DNA of 62,634 nucleotides, filler included, from Vermamoeba vermiformis (lineage: Eukaryota): assembly GCA_045837725.1 (NCBI GenBank). It is 5 parts of 5 records of this genome, joined end to end, with 100 filler letters (N's around TTAATTAATTAA, not from the genome) between each part and the next. Parts side by side here need not be neighbours in the genome. Positions count along the whole stretch, not along the records: positions 25,635 to 35,068 come from JBEWZL010000070.1; positions 35,169 to 60,006 come from JBEWZL010000071.1; 3 more parts are not named here. The stretch is one strand, 5' to 3'. The position numbers and the translations under genes were made by a program. Positions 33,993-46,541 of this stretch are shown in pieces. The notes beneath the pieces were generated by a model. It made no database searches. It was not told the origin of the DNA and saw only the letters and a program-made list of their open reading frames with translations. Numbering within the stretch: position 1 is the stretch's first letter; each line of letters begins with the position of its first letter.

Positions 33993-35052
33993 ATTATACT
34001 CACTCGTAATAACGAATAATATAAAACTTTATTACTGGAGTACCTCCTCTATTTTCTACGCTCCGATCTACAAATTAGTCGCGTGATACAAAACCCTGGT
34101 AGATCGCCAGGTTTTTAGCGCGCGTTGGCCTGTCCGACATTTTTTGCCTTTTCTTTTTCTTTCGCTCGACCACGCAAGGCGCCTGCGTTATCACTGGCGC
34201 CTTGTTTCGTCCTTCAGCCCTCCGCGTAACAGGGAGGCCCCACTGGGCGGGCGAATCTATTGTTATTTGTTGTTTATTTGTTTCTTGGGGTTTTTTATTA
34301 TTCCCCACGCCCTCACGATACGCCGTCTGTGGTATTGTCCGTGTGACCTCGAAGCTAGGGGCACACACACTGGAACGCTCTCTCTCATCTGGATTTGGTG
34401 ACGTCACCAAATTTTTCCTGTGCGTTCTGGGGCCGAGCCTTGCTCCTCATGAGTTGCGGCTGCCTGCTAAGCGCGCTCATGAATTTTTGGTAATTTTTGG
34501 AGCTCAACAAGCGATTTTGGAAGAACGGATCGCGAATGCCCTCAGGGGTAGGGCGACGCTAGCCCTCCTTTCCTTGCTCGGCTACGCCCATGGGATGTCT
34601 TGCTGCCCGATATGCTGTTGGTATCGAAGGAGATTGATTGTAGAAGCTGGCGCATCTATCGTGTAAGATTGCAACGAGACTTTGCTGTCACTGCCGTGTT
34701 GTTGGCATCTGTTACTAGTGGCTTATGGTGCATTGTGCATCGCTTTACCAGCACACTCCGTGCTGAAGGGACCCACTCCGGGTCTGGCCATTTGGGATCC
34801 TCATCGGATCAGATGGACTTCGCAATTTCTCCGGGCGTCGACGCCTGCCATCTCTTGCTGTTCTCTAGGATACACGAATTGATGGTGCTTGGTGGACCAT
34901 CTCTCTCATCACTTAGGACTTTCTGTTGGCAGCCGCAACAGTCAAGTGGTTCAAGATCTACGTGGCTGGGAACCACTTGTGGGTAATTTTCTTCATCTAC
35001 ACAGTTCCAGTAATAAAGTTTTATATTATTCGTTATTACGAGTGAGTATAAT
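33993..35052. mobile_element. Non-autonomous TIR DNA element (~1.05 kb) in a SAC1 intron, probable TA target duplication (Tc1/mariner-like)
   Basis: Perfect 47-bp inverted repeats at 33993-34039 and 35006-35052 (ATTATACTCACTCGTAATAACGAATAATATAAAACTTTATTACTGGA). No transposase inside. Confidence 0.85.
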
Positions 35053-35068
35053 AGAAAGAAATACGATT

Positions 35069-35168
35069 NNNNNNNNNNNNNNNNNNNNNNNNNNNNNNNN
35101 NNNNNNNNNNNNTTAATTAATTAANNNNNNNNNNNNNNNNNNNNNNNNNNNNNNNNNNNNNNNNNNNN
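35069..35168. other. Artificial contig linker
   Basis: N44-TTAATTAATTAA-N44. Confidence 0.98.
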
Positions 35169-35528
35169 TGAAAAAATTGTCAAATGAATAAAAATTAAAT
35201 CGGTGAACTTGTCCCAAGCAAAAACCGTAAAAAATGAATTTCGAACATTTAATGCGGCCGGTTCTGAAACACTGAACCTACAGGTAAAAGCCCATAAAAT
35301 GACGCGATTTGATCCTGTTATTTCTCTCCTCGTGCTAGACAAATGTTAAATCCGAAAAAAAATTTCACTAAAATTAAAATTAACGCACTGGAAGCGCTAG
35401 AATAACGTAAAAATGCTTTTATTTCGCGCTTGAAGAGCTTAACACAAGACTGTAAATATTTTTGAACTAGTAATACATGAACTACGATGCTAATTGCGTT
35501 CCATTTTAGTACCGCAGATCCACACCTC

Positions 35529-36373
35529 TTACATGAACAAACCAAAAACAGCTACAGCAGCACCGACCAACGAGAATGAAGTCAATGAAGCTGATGATGC
35601 CTTAGTGGGTGTTGTTACGGCAGCAGGAACATTGGTAGTCGGAGCCGCGGTCAACGGAGTTGTTGTAGCTCCGGGAGCGGCGGGAGGCTGAGGACAATAG
35701 AATGCGAGGTAAATACTATTCACTGTGTCTGCTCCGCACGTGGCATCCGGCATATTGATTGCGTCTACGCTACATCCATAACTAGATGCGAAGAAGAGAT
35801 CGGAAGAGCCGTTTACGCATGAAGTAGCCTTAAATGAATAGGTAGCGTTGTCGTCGTCGGTCACGGAAAACGGTCCGAAGTTCATGCAAAGGTTGGGCTT
35901 GACTATTATTAAATTTTAGATTTGTATCCGTAAAGCAGATCCAAAAAAACTTACCTGCGTAGGTGAGTGCATTAGTTTCATCAATAGTGCTACAGTCATT
36001 ACCCACAGCGGCGAACGGCGCAAGTAAGGCGTAAGCCCAATCTAGTGAGAATTCCAAAACGAACGGGTCAAGGCCTTTTTTAATATCGTAGAATTGCCCG
36101 TCAGATGAAGGTGTGCATCCGATCGAGCGATAGTTACTCTGTTTGAAAATCAGCATTATTCAACCGACATCCGGACAACTGATATTTATTTTTTATTATT
36201 AAAAAGGCTAAATTAATTGTAGGCAAACTTACCTTTGGATATTTGGCTGGAGCGTTGATAAATCCAACGCGACTTGAATCTGAGCAGTCGCTGCTCGTGT
36301 AAACCGACAGACGAACATCAGATCTTGCGTAGCCGATCAAGCAGAGAATAGCGATAACAATGGCGATCTTCAT
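35529..36373 (-). CDS. Secreted/GPI-anchored Cys-containing surface protein, paralog 1 of 4 (3 exons)
   Basis: MKIAIVIAILCLIGYARS signal; YRSIGCTPSSDGQFYDIKKGLD; P/T/A stalk; hydrophobic tail SFSLVGAAVAVFGLFM. Confidence 0.88.
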
Positions 36374-36869
36374 ATTATGAGTTATACTATGCCGGTGTGG
36401 GTTAGCACAAATAATAGAAAAATAAGCAAAACATTAAAATTTATTGGCCTTTCTTTGCCAATAAAAATCGCCAACAAGTCAAAACTAGAAAATAAGTGCA
36501 AACTCTATTATACGTGAGAATTTATCAACCTTGAGCGATTAAAATAATTTCCGAATTTGTTTTTGTTGGATCAACTCCAAATTTGGTAATTTTGTTTTTT
36601 GCGTGAGTTTTTAGGCTGGCAGTGTTTTGTCTTTCGATAGCATCGCTTGAAGCACAACTACTTTGCCATATAACTAAATTAGCTCGATGCGAGTTGAGTC
36701 ACCAAAAATAGATTTATCATTTGAGTTTGAGATTGACACTTGCTCTGGGAACGTATTAAAATTTATTTATTATGTTTATGCGTGAACTGCTTGTAAATGA
36801 GCTGCGATGCTTATTGCGTTACTTCTAATAGTAACGCAGTTAAGAAAAGGCAAAGCACATCCACAGCTG

Positions 36870-37786
36870 TTACAAGAGCAAACCGAAAACAGCTACAGCA
36901 GCACCAACAATCGAGAATGAAGTCAACGAGGCGGATGATGCCTTAGCGGGTGTTGTTACGGCAGCAGGACCATTGGAAGGGCCACTAATAGGGGCACTAT
37001 TGGGTTCGGTCGGAGCGGTCGTGAGAGGAGTTGGTGGTGCTCCGGGAGCAGCGGGAGCCAGGGGACAAAAGAATCCGAGGTAAATACTATTCACTGAGTC
37101 TGGTATACACTCGTTGTCCTGCATAGTGATGGCTTGTACGCTACATCCGTAACCGGATGCGAAGAAGACGTCGCCCGTACCGCATGAACTAACCTTAAAT
37201 GAATAGGCACTGTTGTCAGCTTGGGACACTGCAAAGGGTCCGTAGTTCATGCAAACACCAGGCTTGACTATGATAAATTGTTTCGTCAGATTTGTAACCG
37301 CCAAAAAGGAAACCAAAAAAAATCAGATTAACGATAAAACTTACCTGCGTAGGTGAGTGCATTAGTTTCATCTATGTCGACGCAATCGCTGCCCACAGCG
37401 TAGAAAGTTCCTGTTAGTACGTAAGCCCAATCCGGTGAGGGTTTCAACACGAACTCATCAAGGCCTTTTTGAATATCATAGTATTGCCCGCCAGAGGAAG
37501 GGGTGCATCCGATCGAGCGATAATCACTCTGGTTAAAAATCAGTATTATTTACTTGTCGTTATGAATTTATCGGCTTACAAACCGACAACTGATCTTTGA
37601 TTATTATTAAAACGGCATTATTGGCAAACCTACCTCTGGATAAAATACTGGAACGCCTTCTGGAACGTTAATAAATCCAATGCGACTCGTATTTGAGCAG
37701 TCGCTGCTCGTGTAAACGGAAAGACGAGTTGCTGATCTTGCGTAGCCGATAAAGCAGAGAATCGCAATAAAAATCGTAATCTTCAT
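36870..37786 (-). CDS. Surface protein, paralog 2 of 4
   Basis: Same exon structure and motifs; MKITIFIAILCFIGYARS at 37786. Confidence 0.88.
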
Positions 37787-38162
37787 ATTAAATAATTTTA
37801 CTGTGTCAGGTGTTGTGCTTAGAATGCTACTAGTAGAAAAAAAACGAAAAGGCAAAACCCAAAAAATTATCGGGATCAACATCGGTTTAGAAAATCGCAT
37901 CCGCTCTATGCAAATACTATTATACGTCATACGTCATGAATTAAAATAGAAATATTTCTTAAAATGACCGAAAGAATTGTTTCATCGATTCTTTTCTTAA
38001 TTAGGCAATTATTATTTTGGTTCGTTCGTTACAAGCATTGGTAATATTGCACTCCGGATCGCAGATTTCGTCAAATTATGTGAAAACAAGTTGTTACAGC
38101 TGTTAGGCGTATCGATTTCATTATTTTTTGTAAGCGGTTGTTTTTTAGGAGCACATCCGCAC

Positions 38163-39070
38163 TTACAAGAAGTAACCGAAAACAGCTACAGCAGCACCAA
38201 CAATCGAGAATGAAGCCAATGAAGCTGAAGATGCCTTAGAGGGTGTCGTCATGGCAGCAGGAACACTAATTGGGGCTCTAATGGGTTTGGCGGTAGGAGC
38301 CGATATTGCTCCGGGAGCGGCGGGAGCCTGGGGACAGAAGAATGAGACGTAAAACTCATCATCTATGTCTGATCCACATGTCCCGTCCTTCATAATGCTT
38401 AAATATACGCTACATCCGTAACCTGACCCGATGAAGATTTGGGCAACGCCGTCTATGCATGAAGTAACCATAAATGAAGTGGTGCTGTTGTCTGCTTCTG
38501 ACACGGCTAAAGGTCCGAAGTTCATGCAAACATCAGGCTTGACTATCATTAAATTTTTGAGTCAGATTTGTATCCACTAAAACTGAATCCAGAAAAATTC
38601 AATTAACCATAAAACTTACCTGCGTAGGTGAGTGCATTAGTTTCATCCATATTAACGCAATCACTTCCCACAGCGGAGAAAGATCCTTGGAGTACGTAAG
38701 CCCAATCTAGTGAGAATTCCAAAACGAACTCATCAAGGCCTTTTTGAATATCGTAGTATTGTCCGCCAGATGATGGTGTGCATCCGATCGATCGATAGTC
38801 ATTCTGTTTAAAAATCAGTATTATTTGCTGTCGTTATAATTTAGTTTTCTTTTCTGACAGTACTATCTCTGTTTAAAAATTGTTATTAAAAAGGTTGATT
38901 AATTATTGGCAACGTACCTCTGAATACAATCCTGGAACGCTGGCTGGAACGTTGATAAATCCTATGCGACTCGCATCTGAGCAGTCGCTGCTCGTGTAAA
39001 CGGAAAGACGAGTTGCGGATCTTGCGTAGCCGATCAAGCAGAGAATAGCAATAACAATAGAAATTTTCAT
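38163..39070 (-). CDS. Surface protein, paralog 3 of 4
   Basis: Same exon structure and motifs; MKISIVIAILCLIGYARS at 39070. Confidence 0.88.
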
Positions 39071-39487
39071 AGTATAATAAGGTGTTGTGGTTAGAATGCG
39101 AGTCGAAAAAAAAAACAAACGGCAAACTCCGAAATTTATCGGGATCAACATTGGTATCGCACCCGTTCAATGCAAATACTATTATACGTCATGCGTCATG
39201 ATTTAAAAGAGAAATATAGCTTAAAATGACAGAAAGAATTGCTTCGTCGATTCTTTTCTTAATTAGGCAATTATTTTGGTTTGCGCGCCGTTTCAACTTT
39301 GGTGCTAATTGAACGTTAAGTTCCGTTTTCTTATTTTCCTTTTGCAAAATTGGGTCGGAAAACATCCTTAAATGGGCCGATTACGCTGGATCTTGGTTTG
39401 TTAAATCTGGAGCAAAAAAAACTTAAAGAATTAAAAACATTTTGTAATATCAGCTGGTTAGGGAGTTCATCCACTCCATTACTTCTT

Positions 39488-40461
39488 TTACAAGAATAAA
39501 CTAAAAACGACGACAGAAACACCAAAAATCGAGAATGAAGTCAACGAGGCTGATGATACCTTAGCCGGCGTTGTCACGGCAGCAGGAATATTGGTAGGGA
39601 TACTAATAGGGCCACTAATGGGAGTTGTGGTTGGAGTCATGGTCGGAGCTGTTCCGGGAGTGTTGGGATCGACGGCGGGTTCCGTGCTTGGGACTGTTGT
39701 AGTTACGGGAGCGGTGGGAGGCGGGGAACAAAAGAATCCAAGGTAAAGATTATTATTTGTGTCTGGCGCACACGTGGCGTTCTGCATACTGAATGATTGT
39801 ACGGCACATCCGAAAATATCCGCGAGGACGAGATCGGAAGCGTTTGCTACACATGAAGGAAACTTAATTGACGAGGTAGCGTTGTCTGGTTCGGCCACGG
39901 AAAACGGTCCGGTGTTCATGCAAACATCAGGCTTGACTATGATTAACTTTTTGGGTCAGATTTGAATCCGAACGGAAACCAAAAATCCGATCAACGGCAA
40001 CACTGACCTGCGTAGGTGACTGCAATAGTTTCATCCATAGTAGAACAACTACTTCCCACAATAGAGATGGATGCTACTAGTAAGTAGTTGAAAGACCAAT
40101 CCACCGGTGAGAATCGAAGATCGAACTCATCAAGGCCTTTTTTAATATCGTAGTATTGTCCGTCAGATGAAGGTGTGCATCCGATCGTGCGATAGTTACC
40201 CTGTTTAAACATCAGTATTCTTTTCTGACAGTATCTCTAATTAAAAATTGTCGGATTTTCATTAAACCGACAACTAAGATCTTTGATTATTATTAGGCTT
40301 ATTTTTAGTGGCATAATTACCGCTGGATATAAGGCCGGGGCGTTAATAAATCCAATGAGACTCGAATTTGAGCAGTCGCTGCTCGTGTAAACGGAAAGAC
40401 GAGTTGCGGATCTTGCGTAGCCGATCAGGCAGAGAATAGCAATAACAATAGTAATCTTCAT
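39488..40461 (-). CDS. Surface protein, paralog 4 of 4 (longest stalk)
   Basis: Same motifs; MKITIVIAILCLIGYARS at 40461. Confidence 0.88.
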
Positions 40462-41199
40462 ATTCTACTAAGGCGAGGTGTTGCGGACTGAGCGTAATTA
40501 TCAATAGCTGCGAAGAAAATAAAGCAGAACTCAAATTCTCGTCGAGTCGCCTAAAATCAAAACGCGAAACTTAAGTGCAAACTCTATTATACGTGTGCAT
40601 TTATCAATCATGCACTATATATATTGGTCCAATCATAAGCATATGGGGCACACGCGTTGGCCCGTAAAAAACCCACGCAAAAACAAACTTGCCAAATTTA
40701 GAAATTGCACTTATTTTTTGATAATAATTAGCGCGACGAGAACAAAAATGATATAGTTTAACAATTGATAAAAAATAAGACTGTATTAGCTAATTTTTAA
40801 ATCGTGGATGCGAAATGTTTACATCAGCTTGCGACTGAAAAAGAAAAATCTGTGTTTTGCTTATAATTGCCGCGAAGCCACTTTGGCAATTTTTAAAATT
40901 CCTTTGTAATATATTATTATTAAGGCATACTTAGCTTATTTAGATTTCCAAATTATTTGAAAGCGAAGAATGGTTTTTAATCCACCTACAAACCAAAATG
41001 GTTAGAAAACTAATAGGCCCTATACTACGTTAATAGGCCCTATTTAATAGTATTTTTGTGATTTGCCGTACCTTTTTGGACGGCGGATCTAACTGATATT
41101 GCGTTGTTTTGAATGTTTGATTTCAAAGTGATGTTCGTATATTTACATTAGTATTTACAGGAGTATAAGCCTCTATAGTTGATATGCGTGCATTCGTTC

Positions 41200-43106
41200 T
41201 TACATTAAATCGCTGAAATCAGTCGTTAAATCGTCAGGCAAACTAGGACCAGTTTCGTTCGTCAAAAATTCGTTGAAATTGAAGCCAGAGAATGCAGGAG
41301 CAATATCTTCTGGTGATTGATATGGTTGAGGACTATCATTTCTATTGCTATTATTGTCAATAGCGTTATTATTAGGAGCAACGCTGGTACCAGATTTGTT
41401 TTCTGATATTCCCAGAACTCGTTGTAATTCGTTTCTAATCGTCCAAAAGAAATTCAATCTATCTTGATTTTGATATCGTGATAGCAGATATAAAACGTAA
41501 TCGATTACGCTCGTGATCCAAAGCCTGGATTCGACTCGCTTAAGTTTTTGAAAGCTTTCAACAACGTTGTTAATATGCAATATTAGTTGTTCTGGATCTT
41601 GTAATGAGCATGCTGCTTTCATCAAATTCAAAAATAACTCGAAATTTGTTTTCAGGTCCAAATCCTCAACTGCATCCACGAGAGGTTCAATTTCGACAAT
41701 TTTTAGTCGAATAGGCCTATAAAAATAATAGTAAGTATCTAAAGAAAGCATACTTTAAATAAATAACTGAATCGTCTGCAACACAGACGGGTCAACAAAC
41801 TGGATCGAAGTATCAAATCTGCGGAGTTTGAATCTGATCCAGGACTCGTAATATATACGTGTGCCAGTACTTACGTTAGATCTGCTTCAGTAAAATTGAA
41901 TTCAGGCAATAGCATGGCACCAATGCAGGTAACAAACCCGCTGATGATGATTGTACGAGGATCCTGAAAAAATCAAAATAGGAAGGGTTAGTTTAAGATA
42001 TTGAATGATAATAGTATTAATATAACGTACTGTTACGGAAGCATTCAAATTCAGCTTTTTGGCCCAAAGTACACGTTGCAGCGGATCCATTGCGGTGATG
42101 CACAAAACAGAGTAAAGTCTGAAGAATGAGTAAGTTATATAGACCTCATATTATAATGATACTTACAGGTCGAGAGGTGCTTCGTGAACGTATTGTTCTA
42201 TATTGTCTAAGAATCCGAGAGTCGCTGAAATCAACGTGCGGATCGCGACGTACCGGCCGCTAATAACGAAGTAAATAAGAAGATGGATGAGCGCCATTGC
42301 TAAGTGGTTGCATATAGCTGCGTTCTCTTGAGCATTTAGCTCGAGTATTGCTATTAATAGAAGCGATTGCGAGATACTTTGGAAATGTTCTGACAAATCC
42401 AAAATACCTAAGGCACGCGAGCCTATTTTACGAGTGTCAATAACTATATAAGGTTCATTCGAATATTTTTCGTACCCATAGCAAATAGAGAGCAGTATTC
42501 TGACATTTTAACGATTGTTTCTGCATCTGAAGAGCGGATGGAAGGAACAAAATCCTCAGGAATTTTATCCATGCATTTGATCCATAATGTTGTGGCATAT
42601 TCGAGTGAATATTCACGTGGGTAACTCGGTAAAAATGGTTCTACTATTGCATACACCGCGCTAAAGACAGAGGTGATGGCGGATTCAGTTTGCGAACAAA
42701 ATGTCAAAGTCTCTTCTTTAAACCGGGGCTTTCGTGTTAAAAGCTGGCTAACTAAATCTCCGTTCGTGGCTTCTTGATATTTTTGTTTCCAATAAGCTGA
42801 AATGTTCTTTTGATTTTCTAGCTCGATCTTCAAGGCTTCCATTTTTTGCTTTAAATATTCAGGATTATCTAATCTTCTCTTCATTTTCTCTTCTTTACTA
42901 ACTGGTTGTCGTTCATATTGGCATTGCAAATTTCTTTTTTTGCATTGAAAGCAAGGAAGCTGCCCATCGCACTTGATCTTCCTTTTGTTGCAAAAATCAC
43001 ACGCTGGCGCTTTGGCAATATTTGTTCTTTTATTTATAGAATTTTTTGAAGGCCCGTGCTGATTTGACTCAGAATTGCTAGCATCGTCCACAGATTGACG
43101 ATCCAT
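41200..43106 (-). CDS. Zn(II)2Cys6 binuclear-cluster transcription factor, multi-exon
   Basis: ACDFCNKRKIKCDGQLPCFQCKKRNLQC followed by a coiled coil; acidic C-terminus; likely start MDRQSVD at 43106. Confidence 0.88.
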
Positions 43107-43378
43107 TCTCCCGCGTTGATTCAATAGTCTTACGCCTCGTACTTCATGAATAATAACAATAATACGACTTGTGGTAAGACGTAAGACTGAACGGAAAACA
43201 AACAATAACTTAAACTCGTGCTCTTTCTTTTTCCGACTTTCGCACTCAACTGAACACTGAACACCTGCAATAATCATCTTATCATAATATGCTATTTATA
43301 GAATTATTTTTACACCTTTTGGACATCGCAGAAATCATTAGGAGTTAATTAATTAATTTTTAAATTAGAAAATATTTT

Positions 43379-43699
43379 TTATTGACATAAGCCAACAAGT
43401 TTACACGCGGCATGCGGGTTTTTGGTACCGTTTCGTATAATGTCGAATAATTGCGGTCCAACTTTATCCAAAACCGCGTCGCATCTCACGTGGCAAGATT
43501 CGCATTCAAGAACGCACGTTTCCGACGCAAATTCAGCCGCTTGGAAGTATGTAATTTTAGGATTTAAGTCCAAACTTGTTTCTAATCCACTTGCAGTAAG
43601 CTCACAGTCAACACAAGTTTTGGTTGGAAGCGTTTGCGAGATCGAGCCAGCAATGCAGACCAGAACCAGCGCAATAACGGCAAAAATAGTGTGTTGCAT
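43379..43699 (-). CDS. Secreted saposin-like protein (SapB/amoebapore-like)
   Basis: Signal peptide from MQHTIFAV; CVDC...C...C...PHAACKLVGLC saposin Cys pattern. Confidence 0.85.
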   Translation of the reverse strand: MQHTIFAVIALVLVCIAGSISQTLPTKTCVDCELTASGLETSLDLNPKITYFQAAEFASETCVLECESCHVRCDAVLDKVGPQLFDIIRNGTKNPHAACKLVGLCQ

Positions 43700-43900
43700 T
43701 TGTGTAGTGCTATTGATTATTCTCGTTAAGTTTAGAATAATGTACCGGTTCACCTTTGATCTCAAAGAAACTTTTCGGTTAAGAACCAGACCAAGACCAA
43801 ATTCAGAAAGAAAATGAAATCTCTGTAACAACGATCAACGTTCAGCACAACAAAAGGAATTCAATTCGAGAGCTGATACGATTATAATTGAATACGAAAT

Positions 43901-45839
43901 ATGAGTGAAGGTAATAAGATCAAAGACTCTATTGTTCAATAATTATCACTTAAAAAAACAATTTTCCTCTTATTATTTAATTTTTAATAAAAATCAATAT
44001 TTTTCTTATTTAATATGCATATTATATCAATTAATTTGCCATTTTTAAGCGCAAGATCTGATCGAGTGTCCGGATTGCAAGTCTTTTGTGCCCAAAGAAG
44101 GCGAGGATTATTATTGCCGAGAATGCAAAGAGGTCAGTATTAGTTATATATTAAATTTACTCTCAGTATTAGAGGATAATTATTTTTTTTGTTGGATTTA
44201 GTATCTCGTGACTAACACGTATCAACTGGCGAATATGGATCTCCAGGCGATGCCAGTAAAATTAATATTCGACGAATTTTATATTTTAGAGTCGAACCAA
44301 GATCAATTCAAAATGTTGCAAGGAAAATTAATTACAAGTCCCACGTTAAAATTTTTGTATGCGCTCGTGCTTGAAGAAGAGACTCTAACTTGGCTCGAAG
44401 AATTTATAAAGAGACATACAATATTAACGAAGCTACATATTATTTGGCAATGTTCAACCGAACCACAATTTATCAATACTTTTTTGGGCGGATTGAAATT
44501 TGGCACTAATTTGACGGAATTAGAATTTTCAAGGCTGAAAATAACAAAAGAATCTGCAAAGATGTTCGGAGAAGCTATTAATGCACTCACAAATTTGCAA
44601 ACTCTAGAAATTCGAGAATTAGTTTTGGATGTGGATGCGGATGAACTTCAGCACGTAAATGCAGCCTTAAAATCGAGCAAATCGATATGTAACCTACATA
44701 TACACGATCATTTAGAGTCATGGAGACTATTGAGCGGTGTTTTTGAAGAAAACAAATCGATCAAAAGTTTGCAGCTGATCTCCTATAGAGCTCCATTAGG
44801 CACATTACACGATGATATTATTCGCAGTATATTCAACGGATTGAAGGTCAATACTACATTACAAACATTACATATTGAAAGACCACCGTTAGACACATCC
44901 GTTGTGAAGATCTTGGCAGACTGTATCGGATCCAATTCTTCGATTACTAGTCTTCATCTTAATATACACATGGGCGATTATGATATTATACATATCGCTG
45001 ATGCGTTGAAATCAAATCGAACGATAACTGAATTGGATCTGTCGAGAAATAATTTCACATCCGTTCCAGAACCAATTTTCAAAATAACGTCATTAACGGA
45101 GCTTAATTTAAGCGATATTGACTTGATACATTTAAATCCACTATTGTTATATGATATGATACGATCAAATAAGAGCCTGAGCAGACTTCATATTCCGATC
45201 TGCACCAACGCGGGATGTAGATCTCTCGCGGATGGATTGAAAATCAACAATACAATAGACAGACTATATTTAACGCAACACAACGTGGATCAAGACGCAT
45301 TTAGTTATTTGAGCTCGGTTCTGGAAACACATCCAAGTTTGACGACACTTTTTCTCAAAGACACGGACACCAAAATTTCCATATTTGGATGGCTCAAAGA
45401 ATTCATCAAGAAAAATACAAATTTGGAAATGCTTTTTGTTATCGGACAATATGAGTCCGAATATATTGGATCCGGCATGTTGAAGTGGCTGGAACACAAC
45501 GACACATTAACTGGTTTCGGAGTGGACCTTAATGATAATAATTGTGTAATGTTAGCCGCTGATGAAGAGATTAAGGAATTATTTGACGTTAATTATGCGT
45601 TACGTTCGTTATCAATGTGGGATGTTTCAGCATCAAAATATTGTGACCGAAATATCAAATATCAAAGCGAGATGCGAGCAAATACTGCTATACTTATTCA
45701 TAATATAGCACGTGATCCGTTCAGTTTGAACGCCAAGTTGCCGATCGAGATCTGGATCAACGTTTTTAAGCACTTGCGCTATCCTGGCATAAAATCGTTT
45801 GAAAGACTGGCACGGAATATATTTAAAAAATATAAATAA
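43901..45839 (+). CDS. RNI-like leucine-rich-repeat protein with an inferred N-terminal CxxC/CxxC exon and a C-terminal F-box-like motif
   Basis: Repeats such as ADALKSNRTITELDLSRN and GLKVNTTLQTLHI; upstream exon LIECPDCK...YYCRECKE (44056-44132); LPIEIWINVFKHL near the end. Start exon inferred. Confidence 0.8.
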
Positions 45840-45897
45840 ATTTACCCTAATTATTACTGTAATAATAAAACTTAAAACTGCTAAGATCCGATTTTTT

Positions 45898-45947
45898 GAA
45901 GTAGGATTATTTGTATTCGATGGAAGTAGGATTATTTGTATTCGATG
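45898..45947 (+). repeat. Perfect 25-bp tandem duplication
   Basis: GAAGTAGGATTATTTGTATTCGATG x2. Confidence 0.95.
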
Positions 45948-46541
45948 ATTGTCGACGTGTGCTTGCAGCTGTGATACCGTCCAATACTTTCCTATAAATA
46001 TTGTGCGCTCCTTTTATATTGGAAAATCATTGTAACGAGAATAGGGATCAATTTGGAACGGAGAGGACTCATCTGGATGTTGTTAGAACTTGAGTTACAT
46101 TACTGTAATTAGAACATTATTATTGTGCACATTTTTATTATTAAGTTTAATACTAATAACAATCAGATCTGGACCGAAGAAAATGAATCGTAAATAAAAA
46201 GATCTTTTTAGCTTTACCTCTGTTGCCGTTAATGATAATAATACGTTGTATGGATTAATAATAAGGTGAAATATTATTATTGGCTAGAAAACTAATGTGA
46301 TCTGGCCGAACAGCAGATGTGCACAGCTTTAAAAGCACTCTCATATGCCGATAAATAGCTTATATATTATGCACGTAAGCTGTTACGAAATATTGACCAC
46401 TCGTGGCTCGAGTTTTCGTTCAAGGAAAAATAAACAAATCTTCGTTCGCAAAAGTTTAGAAACAGCGCGGATGTGGCAACAGATGCGCTTTAATATTTGA
46501 TAATCTAGCTTTGTGAATACATATTATTATTGTAATATATA

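Larger units (their letters stand above)
36505..40594 (-). promoter_or_regulatory. Conserved promoter motif ACGTATAATAG upstream of each of the four paralogs
   Basis: Plus-strand CTATTATACGT at 36505, 37917, 39179 and 40584, each 109-132 bp upstream of its ATG. Confidence 0.75.
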
